A stretch of DNA of 64,000 bases from contig JANXAJ010000001.1 in the NCBI GenBank assembly GCA_025062295.1, forward strand, positions 36,167-100,166. Reading direction: 5' to 3'. The notes beneath the pieces were generated by a model. The model was given only the letters and a program-made list of their open reading frames with translations. It was not told the DNA's origin and made no database searches. Position numbers and translations under genes: made by a program. Position 1 is the stretch's first letter. Every line of letters begins with the position of its first letter. Shown piece by piece: positions 55,899 through 64,000 of this stretch. The stretch comes from Bacteroidia bacterium. Lineage in GTDB: Bacteria; Bacteroidota; Bacteroidia; SpSt-205.

Positions 55899-57011
55899 TT
55901 AGAGAGGATGTACTTCCACTTCAAGCAGGTGGCGGACTTCTCTCAGCTTCTTCTGAAGCTCTTTTTGAGTCTGGCTGAGGACGAGGATATGACCGAGCTT
56001 TCTGAAAGGAGTACTACGCCTCTTGCCGTAGAGATGGATTGAGACCCCTGGGATGCGGAGTAGAGCCGAAAGAGAAGGAAAAGAAGGAACTCCATGCTGA
56101 CCCGCTGGTCCTAAGATATTCACAAGCCCTCCATATGCATGCAGGCGAGTCTCACCAAGGGGAAGGTCTAAGAGAGCTCTCCAGTGCTGCTCAAACTGGC
56201 TTGTCCAGCAGGCTTTGAGCGTTACGTGACCTGTATTATGAGGACGAGGGGCAGACTCATTGATAAGCCACTGCCCTTCAGTAGTATAGAAAAATTCCAC
56301 TGTCAGAAGGCCTACTACCCCTAAGGCTTCTATCAGTTCCATCGCTATCTCTTGGGCTTTTGCTATTTCTGGGGGAGGGAGTTCAGCGGGAATTTGGAGA
56401 TATTCTACAATGTGAGCTTCCTCATGAAATACAGACTCGACTGGAGGGAAAGCTCGGACTTCACCCGATACAGAGCGAGCGGCAATTACACTCACCTCTT
56501 TCAGAATGGAGACTTTCTCTTCTAATAGGCTAGGCTCTTCCCGAAGTTCGGCCGGGCTCGGGACGGTATAGACCCCTCGTCCGTCATATCCGCCTTGCAA
56601 AGCCTTTTGGATGAGCGGGAAGGTCAGCTCAATCGGTTCGCCGGGTTTCCAAAGCTGGAATCGCGGTCCTGGAAATCCATGGGCCGCATACCAGAGCCGC
56701 TGCTTGCCTTTATTCTGAATAAGCGCTAAAATTTCCGGGGCTGGATGGACGCTTACTCCTCGCTCCCGAGCTCGCATTAGCCCCTCTACCGAAATAGCCT
56801 CCATTTCTATAGTGAGAATCTCCAGACCTTCACTGAAGCGCTGGATAGTTTCTGCTTCTCTCACAGAGCCGATCACAAATTCATGAGCTATCCCTGCGCA
56901 AGGGGAGTCTGGCGCGCTATCTAAGACTCGGATGCGCAAATCTAGGTCTATCCCCGCTTGAATGAGCATGCGTCCAAGCTGTCCCCCTCCGATAATACCA
57001 ACTCTACGCAT
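55899..57011 (-). CDS. purK: N5-carboxyaminoimidazole ribonucleotide synthase
   Basis: MRRVGIIGGGQLGRML... ATP-grasp. 370 aa. Confidence 0.85.
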   Translation of the reverse strand: MRRVGIIGGGQLGRMLIQAGIDLDLRIRVLDSAPDSPCAGIAHEFVIGSVREAETIQRFSEGLEILTIEMEAISVEGLMRARERGVSVHPAPEILALIQNKGKQRLWYAAHGFPGPRFQLWKPGEPIELTFPLIQKALQGGYDGRGVYTVPSPAELREEPSLLEEKVSILKEVSVIAARSVSGEVRAFPPVESVFHEEAHIVEYLQIPAELPPPEIAKAQEIAMELIEALGVVGLLTVEFFYTTEGQWLINESAPRPHNTGHVTLKACWTSQFEQHWRALLDLPLGETRLHAYGGLVNILGPAGQHGVPSFPSLSALLRIPGVSIHLYGKRRSTPFRKLGHILVLSQTQKELQKKLREVRHLLEVEVHPL

Positions 57012-57038
57012 GAGGGCAAAAATATCTATCTTTGTTTT

Positions 57039-57368
57039 GTGCCCCTCTTCCTCTTTCTAATCCTTATTCTTTGGCTGAACACCGCTTCAGCTCAAGTGGA
57101 TACTCTATTTGTTCAAAGCAAAAATATCGTCTGCCAAACTTGTCGGCGAACAATTATTCGAGGGCTCTCTACTCGGAAAGGCATCAGATTTGTAGAGGTG
57201 GATGTGCCTCAAAAGACAATTATGGTTCTTTATCGGCGTGAGAAGACACAGCCTGAACAGATTCGGAAAGCCATCACTCAGCTGGGATATGATGCAGATA
57301 CCCTTCCGAGGGACAGCCAAGCGTATGAGCGCCTTCCTGCGTGCTGTAAGCTCTCAAAGCCTCATTAG
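57039..57368 (+). CDS. Secreted heavy-metal-associated (HMA) domain protein
   Basis: Beta-alpha-beta-beta-alpha-beta pattern with a CQTC metal motif (VQSKNIVCQTCRRTI). Hydrophobic leader VPLFLFLILILWLNTASAQ. GTG start is uncertain; the longer ORF overlaps purK. Confidence 0.5.
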   Translation: MPLFLFLILILWLNTASAQVDTLFVQSKNIVCQTCRRTIIRGLSTRKGIRFVEVDVPQKTIMVLYRREKTQPEQIRKAITQLGYDADTLPRDSQAYERLPACCKLSKPH

Positions 57369-57436
57369 GTAAGCTCTCCTTTGACACAATTGCGGCTTTT
57401 ATCCTACAATAATGATGAACCGATATTTTTGACGAA

Positions 57437-59512
57437 GTGGGACGAAAGTGGTGGCTTCTGCTGGGATGGATATGGGCTCAGGTCCTCCCTGATACTTTGG
57501 ATGCAGGGCGGTGGGAGCTTCTCTTAGAAGATCAGGCAGAGCAGGCACCAGAAGGCATAGATTGGACTCAAGTCTCAGATATTTATGAAACTTTTGTTCG
57601 TCAGCCAGTCGACCTCAATCGGGCCTCAGATGAAATTCTTCTAAAGGTGCCAGGTATGACCTCGGCGCTTCTGAAAGCCCTACGAGCCCATCAGGCGCGC
57701 TACGGTCCTCTTCTTTCCATATACGAGCTGCAAGCGGTTCCTGGCTTTACGGAGTATGTCTATCAGACCATCCGTCCATATGTAACAGTCAGACCAGCGA
57801 CAGAACTTGACATTGGGGAGGGGCCGACCCAGCTTCCGAGTTTTTCTCAAGTTCGAGAAGTGGCTCGTTTGACAGTCATTCAGCGGGTCCAACGCACATG
57901 GCGGGCTTTCTATGAAGCTGGAACATGGAGAGCTGAAACCCTTCGCAGTGCTCTGGGTGACCCTTATCGCCTTTACAATCGGATTTGGCTTCAAGCAAAT
58001 CCCTATCTTTCTGTAGCGCTGATTTCTGAGAAAGACCCGTTTGAGGAACTGCGCTGGAGCCCAGAGAGGCGATACTATGGATATGACTACATCAGCGGCC
58101 ACATTGCAATAGGACAGGTAGGGAACCTTCGCCGCCTCATTCTTGGAGATTATATTCTTCAGGTTGGGCAAGGGCTGGTTTTTGCGCGCGGACTGGGCTT
58201 TGGGAAAGGAGGAGACCCGATTATTAGTCTCAAGCAGCCTTCCTATGGGCTTGTGCCTTACACCTCTGTCAATGAATACCAATTTTGGCGTGGAGCCGCC
58301 ACTACAGTGCGTCTCTCAGATAGGCTCAGTATAACGGGCATGGCGTCTCGTCTACGTCAAGACGGAACTTTGGCTACCTCTGCTGATACCACTGAGGAGG
58401 AAGGGCAGTTTGTGCAAACCCTTCTCACCTCTGGACTTCATCGCACACCCAGCGAGCTTGCTCGGCGAGGCACCCTCCTGCATGAAGCAGCAGGGGGCAT
58501 CCTTACTTGGCAGAAGCGCTGGAATAGCGCTGGGGCTACCTTTCTGTATCAGCGTTTTGCTCCTCCTCTTGACTTAGGTGGTAGGCAAGCTTATCGTTAC
58601 TTTGGATTCGCAGGGAGTGAAAATACTGTCGGAAGTCTTTTTTGGGATTTTACGATACGAAATCTCAATTTTTTCGGTGAGGCAGCCCAAAGTCGATCAG
58701 GTGGACGGGCTCTAACCGCATCTGTCATTACTCCTCTTCATACAACGCTGGATATTGCTGTTCAGGTTCGGCATTTTGATCCCGACTTTCACTCATTTTA
58801 TGCTTATACTTTTGCCGAGCGTCCTTTCTCTATTCAAAATGAGCAGGGAGTATATCTCGGCGTACGGGTTCGTCCTCACTCTCGCTGGGAAGTTACTGCC
58901 TTTCATGACTTGTATCGATTTCCATGGTATCGGTACCGAGCGAATAGCCCCACAGAAGGGCATGAAAGTCTGATACAGGTAACCTACACTATCCGTCGCC
59001 GTCTCCAAGCATATGTCCGTGTGAGACATGAAACAAAGCCCTACAATATCAGCTCGGCGTATGCTGAGGGTCTCTTTTATCAGCTTGTGCCTCATGTGAG
59101 AACCTACATTAGAGCACATACTTTGTATGAAATCAATCCTTTCTGGCGCTATCAGGCTCGGATAGAAGTGAGCCGGTACAGTCGAGAAACCAGAAGTGGC
59201 GGCTACCTTTTTTATCAAGATGTGCGGTGGCAGCCTGACTTTCGCTGGAGTGTGAGCCTGCGCTGGGTGATCTATCGGATCAGTAGCTATGATGCGCGGA
59301 TTTATACCTATGAGGCGATGCCTCCGACGACTTTCTTTATTCCAGGATATTATGGGGAGGGTCAACGAGCCTATATTCTAATTCGGACGCGATTGGGACG
59401 GCAATGGACGATATGGATGCGAGTAGGACAGAACCTCTTTCTCCCCCCTCAGTCGCGCCAGTTTAGGCGAAGCATAGAGGCGCTTCTTCAAGTTCGGTTT
59501 CAGATAGGGTAG
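57437..59512 (+). CDS. Helix-hairpin-helix (ComEA-like) domain fused to a large predicted outer-membrane beta-barrel
   Basis: Signal peptide. VDLNRASDEILLKVPGMTSALLKALRAHQARYGPLLSIYELQAVPGFTEYVYQTIRPYVTV is ComEA-like. Then ~550 aa with alternating aromatic beta-strand pattern. C-terminal ...VRFQIG. Confidence 0.55.
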   Translation: MGRKWWLLLGWIWAQVLPDTLDAGRWELLLEDQAEQAPEGIDWTQVSDIYETFVRQPVDLNRASDEILLKVPGMTSALLKALRAHQARYGPLLSIYELQAVPGFTEYVYQTIRPYVTVRPATELDIGEGPTQLPSFSQVREVARLTVIQRVQRTWRAFYEAGTWRAETLRSALGDPYRLYNRIWLQANPYLSVALISEKDPFEELRWSPERRYYGYDYISGHIAIGQVGNLRRLILGDYILQVGQGLVFARGLGFGKGGDPIISLKQPSYGLVPYTSVNEYQFWRGAATTVRLSDRLSITGMASRLRQDGTLATSADTTEEEGQFVQTLLTSGLHRTPSELARRGTLLHEAAGGILTWQKRWNSAGATFLYQRFAPPLDLGGRQAYRYFGFAGSENTVGSLFWDFTIRNLNFFGEAAQSRSGGRALTASVITPLHTTLDIAVQVRHFDPDFHSFYAYTFAERPFSIQNEQGVYLGVRVRPHSRWEVTAFHDLYRFPWYRYRANSPTEGHESLIQVTYTIRRRLQAYVRVRHETKPYNISSAYAEGLFYQLVPHVRTYIRAHTLYEINPFWRYQARIEVSRYSRETRSGGYLFYQDVRWQPDFRWSVSLRWVIYRISSYDARIYTYEAMPPTTFFIPGYYGEGQRAYILIRTRLGRQWTIWMRVGQNLFLPPQSRQFRRSIEALLQVRFQIG

Positions 59513-59623
59513 TAAGAGGGAATGGGTTGGCGTCTCGTGTGGCCTGGAGCGGTTCTAAGGGTGATTTCCTTTAGTCAAGTATCAACTTTCTAAGATGGCG
59601 AGGGAACTCAGTAGCAGAGGGAC

Positions 59624-60073
59624 TCACCATAAGCGATGAAGCCCATCCCCTGCTCCTGCAAAAAAAAGGCCCCAAAGTACCATTGAGATAGTCATCCGCA
59701 GTGTAATCAGATTTCTGGGGGTTCCGAAGGCAAGGGCGATGGCTGTACCGATGGGAGGGCTCAAGATGGGGGGTGTCAGTAAAGCTATGCCCCATAAGCC
59801 ATACTTTTCCCATAGTCGGGCCCAACGCTGAGAGGGAAAAGAAGGAGGGGGACGCCGGCGCCAGCGAGCAATCCAAGTACGGATGGTATCACCCAGATAG
59901 GTAAAAACTATTACTCCTGTAACTCCACCACTTGTCGTGACCGCAAGCTGTTCCCAAAAGCTCAGCCCCATAAGGACGCTCATACCTACACCTACCATGA
60001 ACTTAAAACCGCTCATGAGGAAGATGGGAAGGTATCGGAGGAGGGAGAGGCTTTCACTGACGAAGAGGTCCAT
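59624..60073 (-). CDS. Small integral membrane protein (YqaA/DedA-like?)
   Basis: Four TM segments, PPILSPPIGTAIALAFG proline/glycine motif. Overlaps upp by 20 nt. Confidence 0.35.
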   Translation of the reverse strand: MDLFVSESLSLLRYLPIFLMSGFKFMVGVGMSVLMGLSFWEQLAVTTSGGVTGVIVFTYLGDTIRTWIARWRRRPPPSFPSQRWARLWEKYGLWGIALLTPPILSPPIGTAIALAFGTPRNLITLRMTISMVLWGLFFAGAGDGLHRLW

Positions 60074-60704
60074 AGGCTAAGTCGCCTGCATCACCTAAGC
60101 CAGGAACAATATAAGCTCGGGCAGTGAGCTCTTTGTCAATCGCCCCTACATATAAGTGAGCATGAGGAAGTGCCGCTTGAACTGTTTTCACGCCTAGCTC
60201 CGACGCAATCAAAGCCATAATGAAGAGGGTCTGCGGGCGTCCCCTTAGCAGGAGTGCTTCATGAGAGACGATAATACTGCGTCCCGTAGCCAGCATCGGG
60301 TCCATCAAAACTACATGCCGCTTTTCCAGAGAGGGGATTGCCAGATAATCTACCTGAACCTGCATTTCTCTGTTCGTGAGTTCGGTGCGGTAAGCAGCGA
60401 CGAAACCTACGTCGGCAAAATCAAAAGCCTCCATTGCTCCCTCTAAAAAGGCGTTACCTGCTCGTAGAATGCTCACTAAAACAGGGGGCTCTGCTAACAC
60501 CTGTACCTGAGCCTGACCTAAGGGAGTAGTTACTTGAGCCTGCATGTACGGCAAAGACCGACTGATTTCATAAGCCAAAAGGAATCCGGCTCGCTTGAGA
60601 TTCCATCGGAAGCGATGACGGTCTTTTTGCAGCTTTTGATTGCGCAGTTCAGCAAGTATCTGAGTGAAGAGAGAAGGGGTTTCACTTAGCACCCGCAGTG
60701 GCAT
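60054..60704 (-). CDS. upp: Uracil phosphoribosyltransferase
   Basis: PRPP-binding VVLMDPMLATGRS, uracil-binding YIVPGLGDAGD. 216 aa. Confidence 0.85.
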   Translation of the reverse strand: MPLRVLSETPSLFTQILAELRNQKLQKDRHRFRWNLKRAGFLLAYEISRSLPYMQAQVTTPLGQAQVQVLAEPPVLVSILRAGNAFLEGAMEAFDFADVGFVAAYRTELTNREMQVQVDYLAIPSLEKRHVVLMDPMLATGRSIIVSHEALLLRGRPQTLFIMALIASELGVKTVQAALPHAHLYVGAIDKELTARAYIVPGLGDAGDLAYGPLRQ

Positions 60705-60713
60705 GCGACGAAG

Positions 60714-61580
60714 TTACCACACTCTCCACGCTGAGACAAAATAGCGACATTCCCACCTGCCGCCGTATTGTCTAAAGAAGCGCTCAACGCCAGGAAGAAT
60801 GGAGCCGCAAAAATCAAAGACTTTGCCTGAGTTTTGAGCAAAGAGGATGGCTTCGTAGAGTAATCGGGTCATGGCTTGAGGGGTGCGGCGTTGAGCCCCA
60901 GCCATGTACCATACGCGGTCTTTGCCTATGAGCAGGAGACAAACCGCCTCTAATGGCTCTCCAATCCCGAGAACTTGCCAGAGCCCTTCTATCTGGATGA
61001 GCTGTCTGAGTTGAGCAGCAAGCTGAGAAGACACACCAGGTGGGCGGTGAGCAGCCCACCACGTGAAGCCTTCGGCTGGAGCAAGAGAACGAAGGGGGAA
61101 GTGATGAGCCTGACGGACTTTTCGCAAAAGTTCTTGACTCGGCACAAAAGCACCAGGTTCTATGATAAAGCTACCACTCCCCCGAACTTGGAGGTGTCGT
61201 AGGGGAGGAAGATAGCTCCACTCAGGCGAAAGATGTCCCGCCACATAGCTGAGATGTCTCCTTCTAACCCATGCTGCTATAGCTGAAAGCACATGTGAAA
61301 TGAGTCGGTATCGTTCAGGTTTTGGTTCTGGCAGAGGTGCATGCAGACGAAAGGCACTCCAAGGCGAGCCGAGCGGCTGGCGATACAGGTGCAGAGGTCC
61401 TATTTGCCGATAGGCTAAGGGCAGACCTGCTATAAGCGTACCATTCGTCTCTATGAGGAGAGCCCCCCATGAAAGTCCTAATCGGCTCCACCACTCCCAT
61501 TCACTAAAGGGTTCTGAAGCATAAGGGAGCTGAGGCCAGTAAGCCTGAGCCTCAGAGGAAGAGACCCATTCTGCTCTCAC
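60714..61580 (-). CDS. Hypothetical protein (possibly a FemAB/GNAT-fold acyltransferase)
   Basis: 288 aa, mixed alpha/beta with Trp-rich N-terminus. No confident motif. Confidence 0.3.
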   Translation of the reverse strand: MRAEWVSSSEAQAYWPQLPYASEPFSEWEWWSRLGLSWGALLIETNGTLIAGLPLAYRQIGPLHLYRQPLGSPWSAFRLHAPLPEPKPERYRLISHVLSAIAAWVRRRHLSYVAGHLSPEWSYLPPLRHLQVRGSGSFIIEPGAFVPSQELLRKVRQAHHFPLRSLAPAEGFTWWAAHRPPGVSSQLAAQLRQLIQIEGLWQVLGIGEPLEAVCLLLIGKDRVWYMAGAQRRTPQAMTRLLYEAILFAQNSGKVFDFCGSILPGVERFFRQYGGRWECRYFVSAWRVW

Positions 61581-64000
61581 GAAGAGGGAGGTTTGAGGAG
61601 GGGAGGGGAAGTACCAAAGCTGCCCACTGCTAAAGTCAGCCGCAAAGTCTGTCTCTCTCCTCCAACATGAAGTCCAAAGCTAAGCGATGGTCCAATGCCC
61701 GTCTTTCGAAAGCGTAGATTCACCTCTGTCAGATAGAGGCTTCCCTCTAAATGCCACAGGCGAGCGGAGGCTGTGTAGAGGGCTCTTACCGTCACCACCT
61801 CTTTCCAACTTGTTCTTTTGAGAAGGGGGAAGAGTCGCAGGATTGCCCCTTCTGGTAGCCAAGAGAGGAAAAGGAAGCTAGCCCACCTGCCCATACTTTC
61901 ATAAGGTGTTCGCTCGGTAAACTGAAAAGCACCCCGATGAAAAAGGAGAGCTGTAGCAGGGATATACAGACCGTCAGCCCAGGGGGGCTGGAAACTTTGC
62001 CAGGCTCCACCCATAAAGAGTTCTACTCTCCCAAAGGGACTCACCGATAGCCGAGGGCCTCCCCCTACTGACAGAGAAGTCAGCAGTCTTTCTTTGATAC
62101 ATGCGGTTTCTACTCCTCCTTGAGCAAACCAAGTGAGTACTCTGTCTGGGGAAAGGAATCGAGTGCTCCGAGGAGTGGTGAAGGTTCGGGTGCCCGGACG
62201 CCATTCTATCCACAGGCGTCCTCGCAGTGCGGAATAAATAGGCTCTCGCTGCGGATTTTCAGCCCTTTCATCCCACCTGAGCTGAAGCTGAGCTTCAACT
62301 GTCCGATGGAGATATCGTCTTATTCCCACCTGAAGGAAGGGAGACGGGTAGCCTTGCCAACCCGTTTCTCGTCCAACGAGACGATATACGACATTCCAGA
62401 AAAAAGGAATTTGAACAAACTCTGTAGGCTCTTGGATCTGTATCCCGCCTGCAAGCTGCACCCTCCATAGGGGATAAGTCGTTGTTTGGCGCTCTATGCG
62501 GCATAAAGGAGCTATGCGTTGCCACCCCAGCCCATACCGGAGAAGGGCTGAGGTCTCCCAGATGATATTGTCCCTGCGTTGCTTCCATATAAGGTAAAGC
62601 GGCAAAGTCCATCCCTCTAAGGGCGTGTAGGAAATCCATTCTGCTTGGAGACCCATCTCTCTGTATCCCAAGGGGAAGGTCTGCCTGTGAGACCAGCGTA
62701 TGCCTGCAGGGGAGACTCTAAAGCTCCTTCCTCGTTGACGAGAAGCGGTGTCTTGCTCAGCAATCATCGTATCATGACGAGCAAGATATAAGAGCTGCTG
62801 CGTGTCTAAAGGGGCCTGTCGTATGCTATCCCAGAAGGCTGAGGAGCCTTTCTCAGCTTGAGGAAGGATACGTACCATCTCCCCAAAATCTAGTCGCTCC
62901 ACTTGTAGCGTTTCAGCACGGACTGAGGATGAGGAACGAGGGGGAGGAGTTCCTTGCTTGCGCCGAGGCTTTTTTGAAGAGGAGAGCACAAGCCTGTCAT
63001 ACCTCCGATAAGCAGCATATCCTTCTCCAATCAGGGCTATCTCTGCCAAGGGAAGAGAGACCCGAAAGTGCCCACGAAAACTGATCTCTCCAATCTGATA
63101 GCATCCCCCTAACGAGACGTAGGTTACACGAACTCCCAAACTATCTGCATATCGGATGGGCCTTCCTTTCCGCACTTGCCACTCTAGTCCTACCAAGGCG
63201 TAGCTTTCATCTGCCAGTAGAATATATCCTTCAACACAGGGAGAAGAGCGGCTTTGCGGTTCTATAGCGATCTTATAGAAGAGGTTATCCTCTTCCCAGT
63301 AGCTGCCAATAAGTCTGTAGCGGTAATAAAGAGGGGCATCTTTTGCTAAGGGCAGCACAAAGGGAGTTTCTGTTATCTCCTCCAGTGAGAGACGCTCACC
63401 ATATGGATCAAACCCCTGAAATATCCAGCCGCCAAGGAAGCTGTAGCTCCGAGTTCCTACAAAGCGAGAACGAAGTATTTCCTCTCGGTAATTGTCTGGC
63501 GCCACAAAGTAGATGTGAGAAAAAGTCTCACTCATCAGAAGTACATCTTGACGACCTATCGGCTGTTTGATGAGTTTTTGAAGAAGGGGACTAGGCGGCT
63601 CTAACCATCTTGCCGTAAAAAGGGTATAGGTTTCTACTCGGAAGGCGGGGAGGCAGCCTCTGTTCTGGGCTTTAGCAGCAATGGCTTTTCGGACTAAAAT
63701 CTCGGCAGGGTCTTTTCCGCCTTCTGTAATGATTACCCCGCCTAATCGTACCTCTTGGGGATAGAGTACAAAGGTGTAGAGAGAGGAGGCTTGACCACGA
63801 TATAGGGTGTCTCGGCGAGGACGATACCCTAAGTGCTTCAATTCTATAATGAGAGTCTCTGCTGCTACACTAAGGGTGAAACGACCCTCTGCATTTGAGA
63901 CAGTTTGAAAACCAGTTTGAGGCAATCGTACAATCGTATGGCTGAGGGGCTCTCCATCAGGAGTGCGAACTTCGCCTTGGAGAGAAAAGATTTGTGCCCA
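61577..64000 (-). CDS. DUF5686-like protein with N-terminal carboxypeptidase-regulatory-like domain; 5' end runs off the window
   Basis: The frame stays open upstream of the track start to position 64000 (…IFSLQGEVRTPDGEPLSHTIVRLPQTGFQTVSNAEGRFTL = CarbopepD_reg). EILVRKAIAAKAQN block as in DUF5686 proteins. Confidence 0.5.
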   Translation of the reverse strand, partial: WAQIFSLQGEVRTPDGEPLSHTIVRLPQTGFQTVSNAEGRFTLSVAAETLIIELKHLGYRPRRDTLYRGQASSLYTFVLYPQEVRLGGVIITEGGKDPAEILVRKAIAAKAQNRGCLPAFRVETYTLFTARWLEPPSPLLQKLIKQPIGRQDVLLMSETFSHIYFVAPDNYREEILRSRFVGTRSYSFLGGWIFQGFDPYGERLSLEEITETPFVLPLAKDAPLYYRYRLIGSYWEEDNLFYKIAIEPQSRSSPCVEGYILLADESYALVGLEWQVRKGRPIRYADSLGVRVTYVSLGGCYQIGEISFRGHFRVSLPLAEIALIGEGYAAYRRYDRLVLSSSKKPRRKQGTPPPRSSSSVRAETLQVERLDFGEMVRILPQAEKGSSAFWDSIRQAPLDTQQLLYLARHDTMIAEQDTASRQRGRSFRVSPAGIRWSHRQTFPLGYREMGLQAEWISYTPLEGWTLPLYLIWKQRRDNIIWETSALLRYGLGWQRIAPLCRIERQTTTYPLWRVQLAGGIQIQEPTEFVQIPFFWNVVYRLVGRETGWQGYPSPFLQVGIRRYLHRTVEAQLQLRWDERAENPQREPIYSALRGRLWIEWRPGTRTFTTPRSTRFLSPDRVLTWFAQGGVETACIKERLLTSLSVGGGPRLSVSPFGRVELFMGGAWQSFQPPWADGLYIPATALLFHRGAFQFTERTPYESMGRWASFLFLSWLPEGAILRLFPLLKRTSWKEVVTVRALYTASARLWHLEGSLYLTEVNLRFRKTGIGPSLSFGLHVGGERQTLRLTLAVGSFGTSPPLLKPPSS

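Noticed and set aside
1-64000. CRISPR arrays, transposases, phage integrase/structural genes, rRNA
   Set aside because: No regularly spaced direct repeats. No DDE/IS-like or phage-like proteins in any frame. The only recombinase is a housekeeping-type XerD.

Overview
This 64 kb window is a gene-dense segment of a Bacteroidota-type chromosome, almost entirely coding on both strands. Evidence for the phylum: a short 292-aa sigma-70 lacking region 1.1, four T9SS C-terminal-sorting-domain cargo proteins, a PorQ/PorV-like barrel, a fused E1 alpha/beta dehydrogenase, a truncated GlgA next to a DUF4270-like gene, and xerD beside aroQ. GC is about 53 percent by eye. Most genes are housekeeping: ettA, rpoD, yceD-rpmF-plsX-fabH, cmk, ispH, dprA, rodA, ribE, gcvT, purK, upp and a tRNA-Leu(CAG). 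No CRISPR array, transposase, phage block or rRNA was seen. Starts in the ORF track are often GTG or TTG and several extend into upstream genes or into the tRNA; I re-called those starts where homology or signal peptides allowed. One real gene is missing from the track: a continuous minus-strand reading frame of more than 464 codons from 1394 off the window start (OlsF-like acyltransferase). The most unusual items are: (1) a translationally coupled minus-strand module of a membrane-anchored coiled-coil protein, an orphan AddB-like Fe-S PD-(D/E)XK nuclease and a DMT transporter, with no AddA/UvrD helicase in the window; (2) a J-domain/TM/leucine-rich-repeat fusion inside a T9SS adhesin - ribE - M43 protease gene string; (3) a secreted HMA-domain protein paired with a ComEA-like HhH domain fused to a large beta-barrel; (4) a signal-peptide protein with two TonB-C-like folds next to rpoD; (5) tandem paralogous Wzz/PCP-like proteins; (6) a DtxR-family regulator coupled to a WD40 protein. 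I could not recognise any described defence or mobile system, so the candidate-novelty calls are inference from architecture and gene context.
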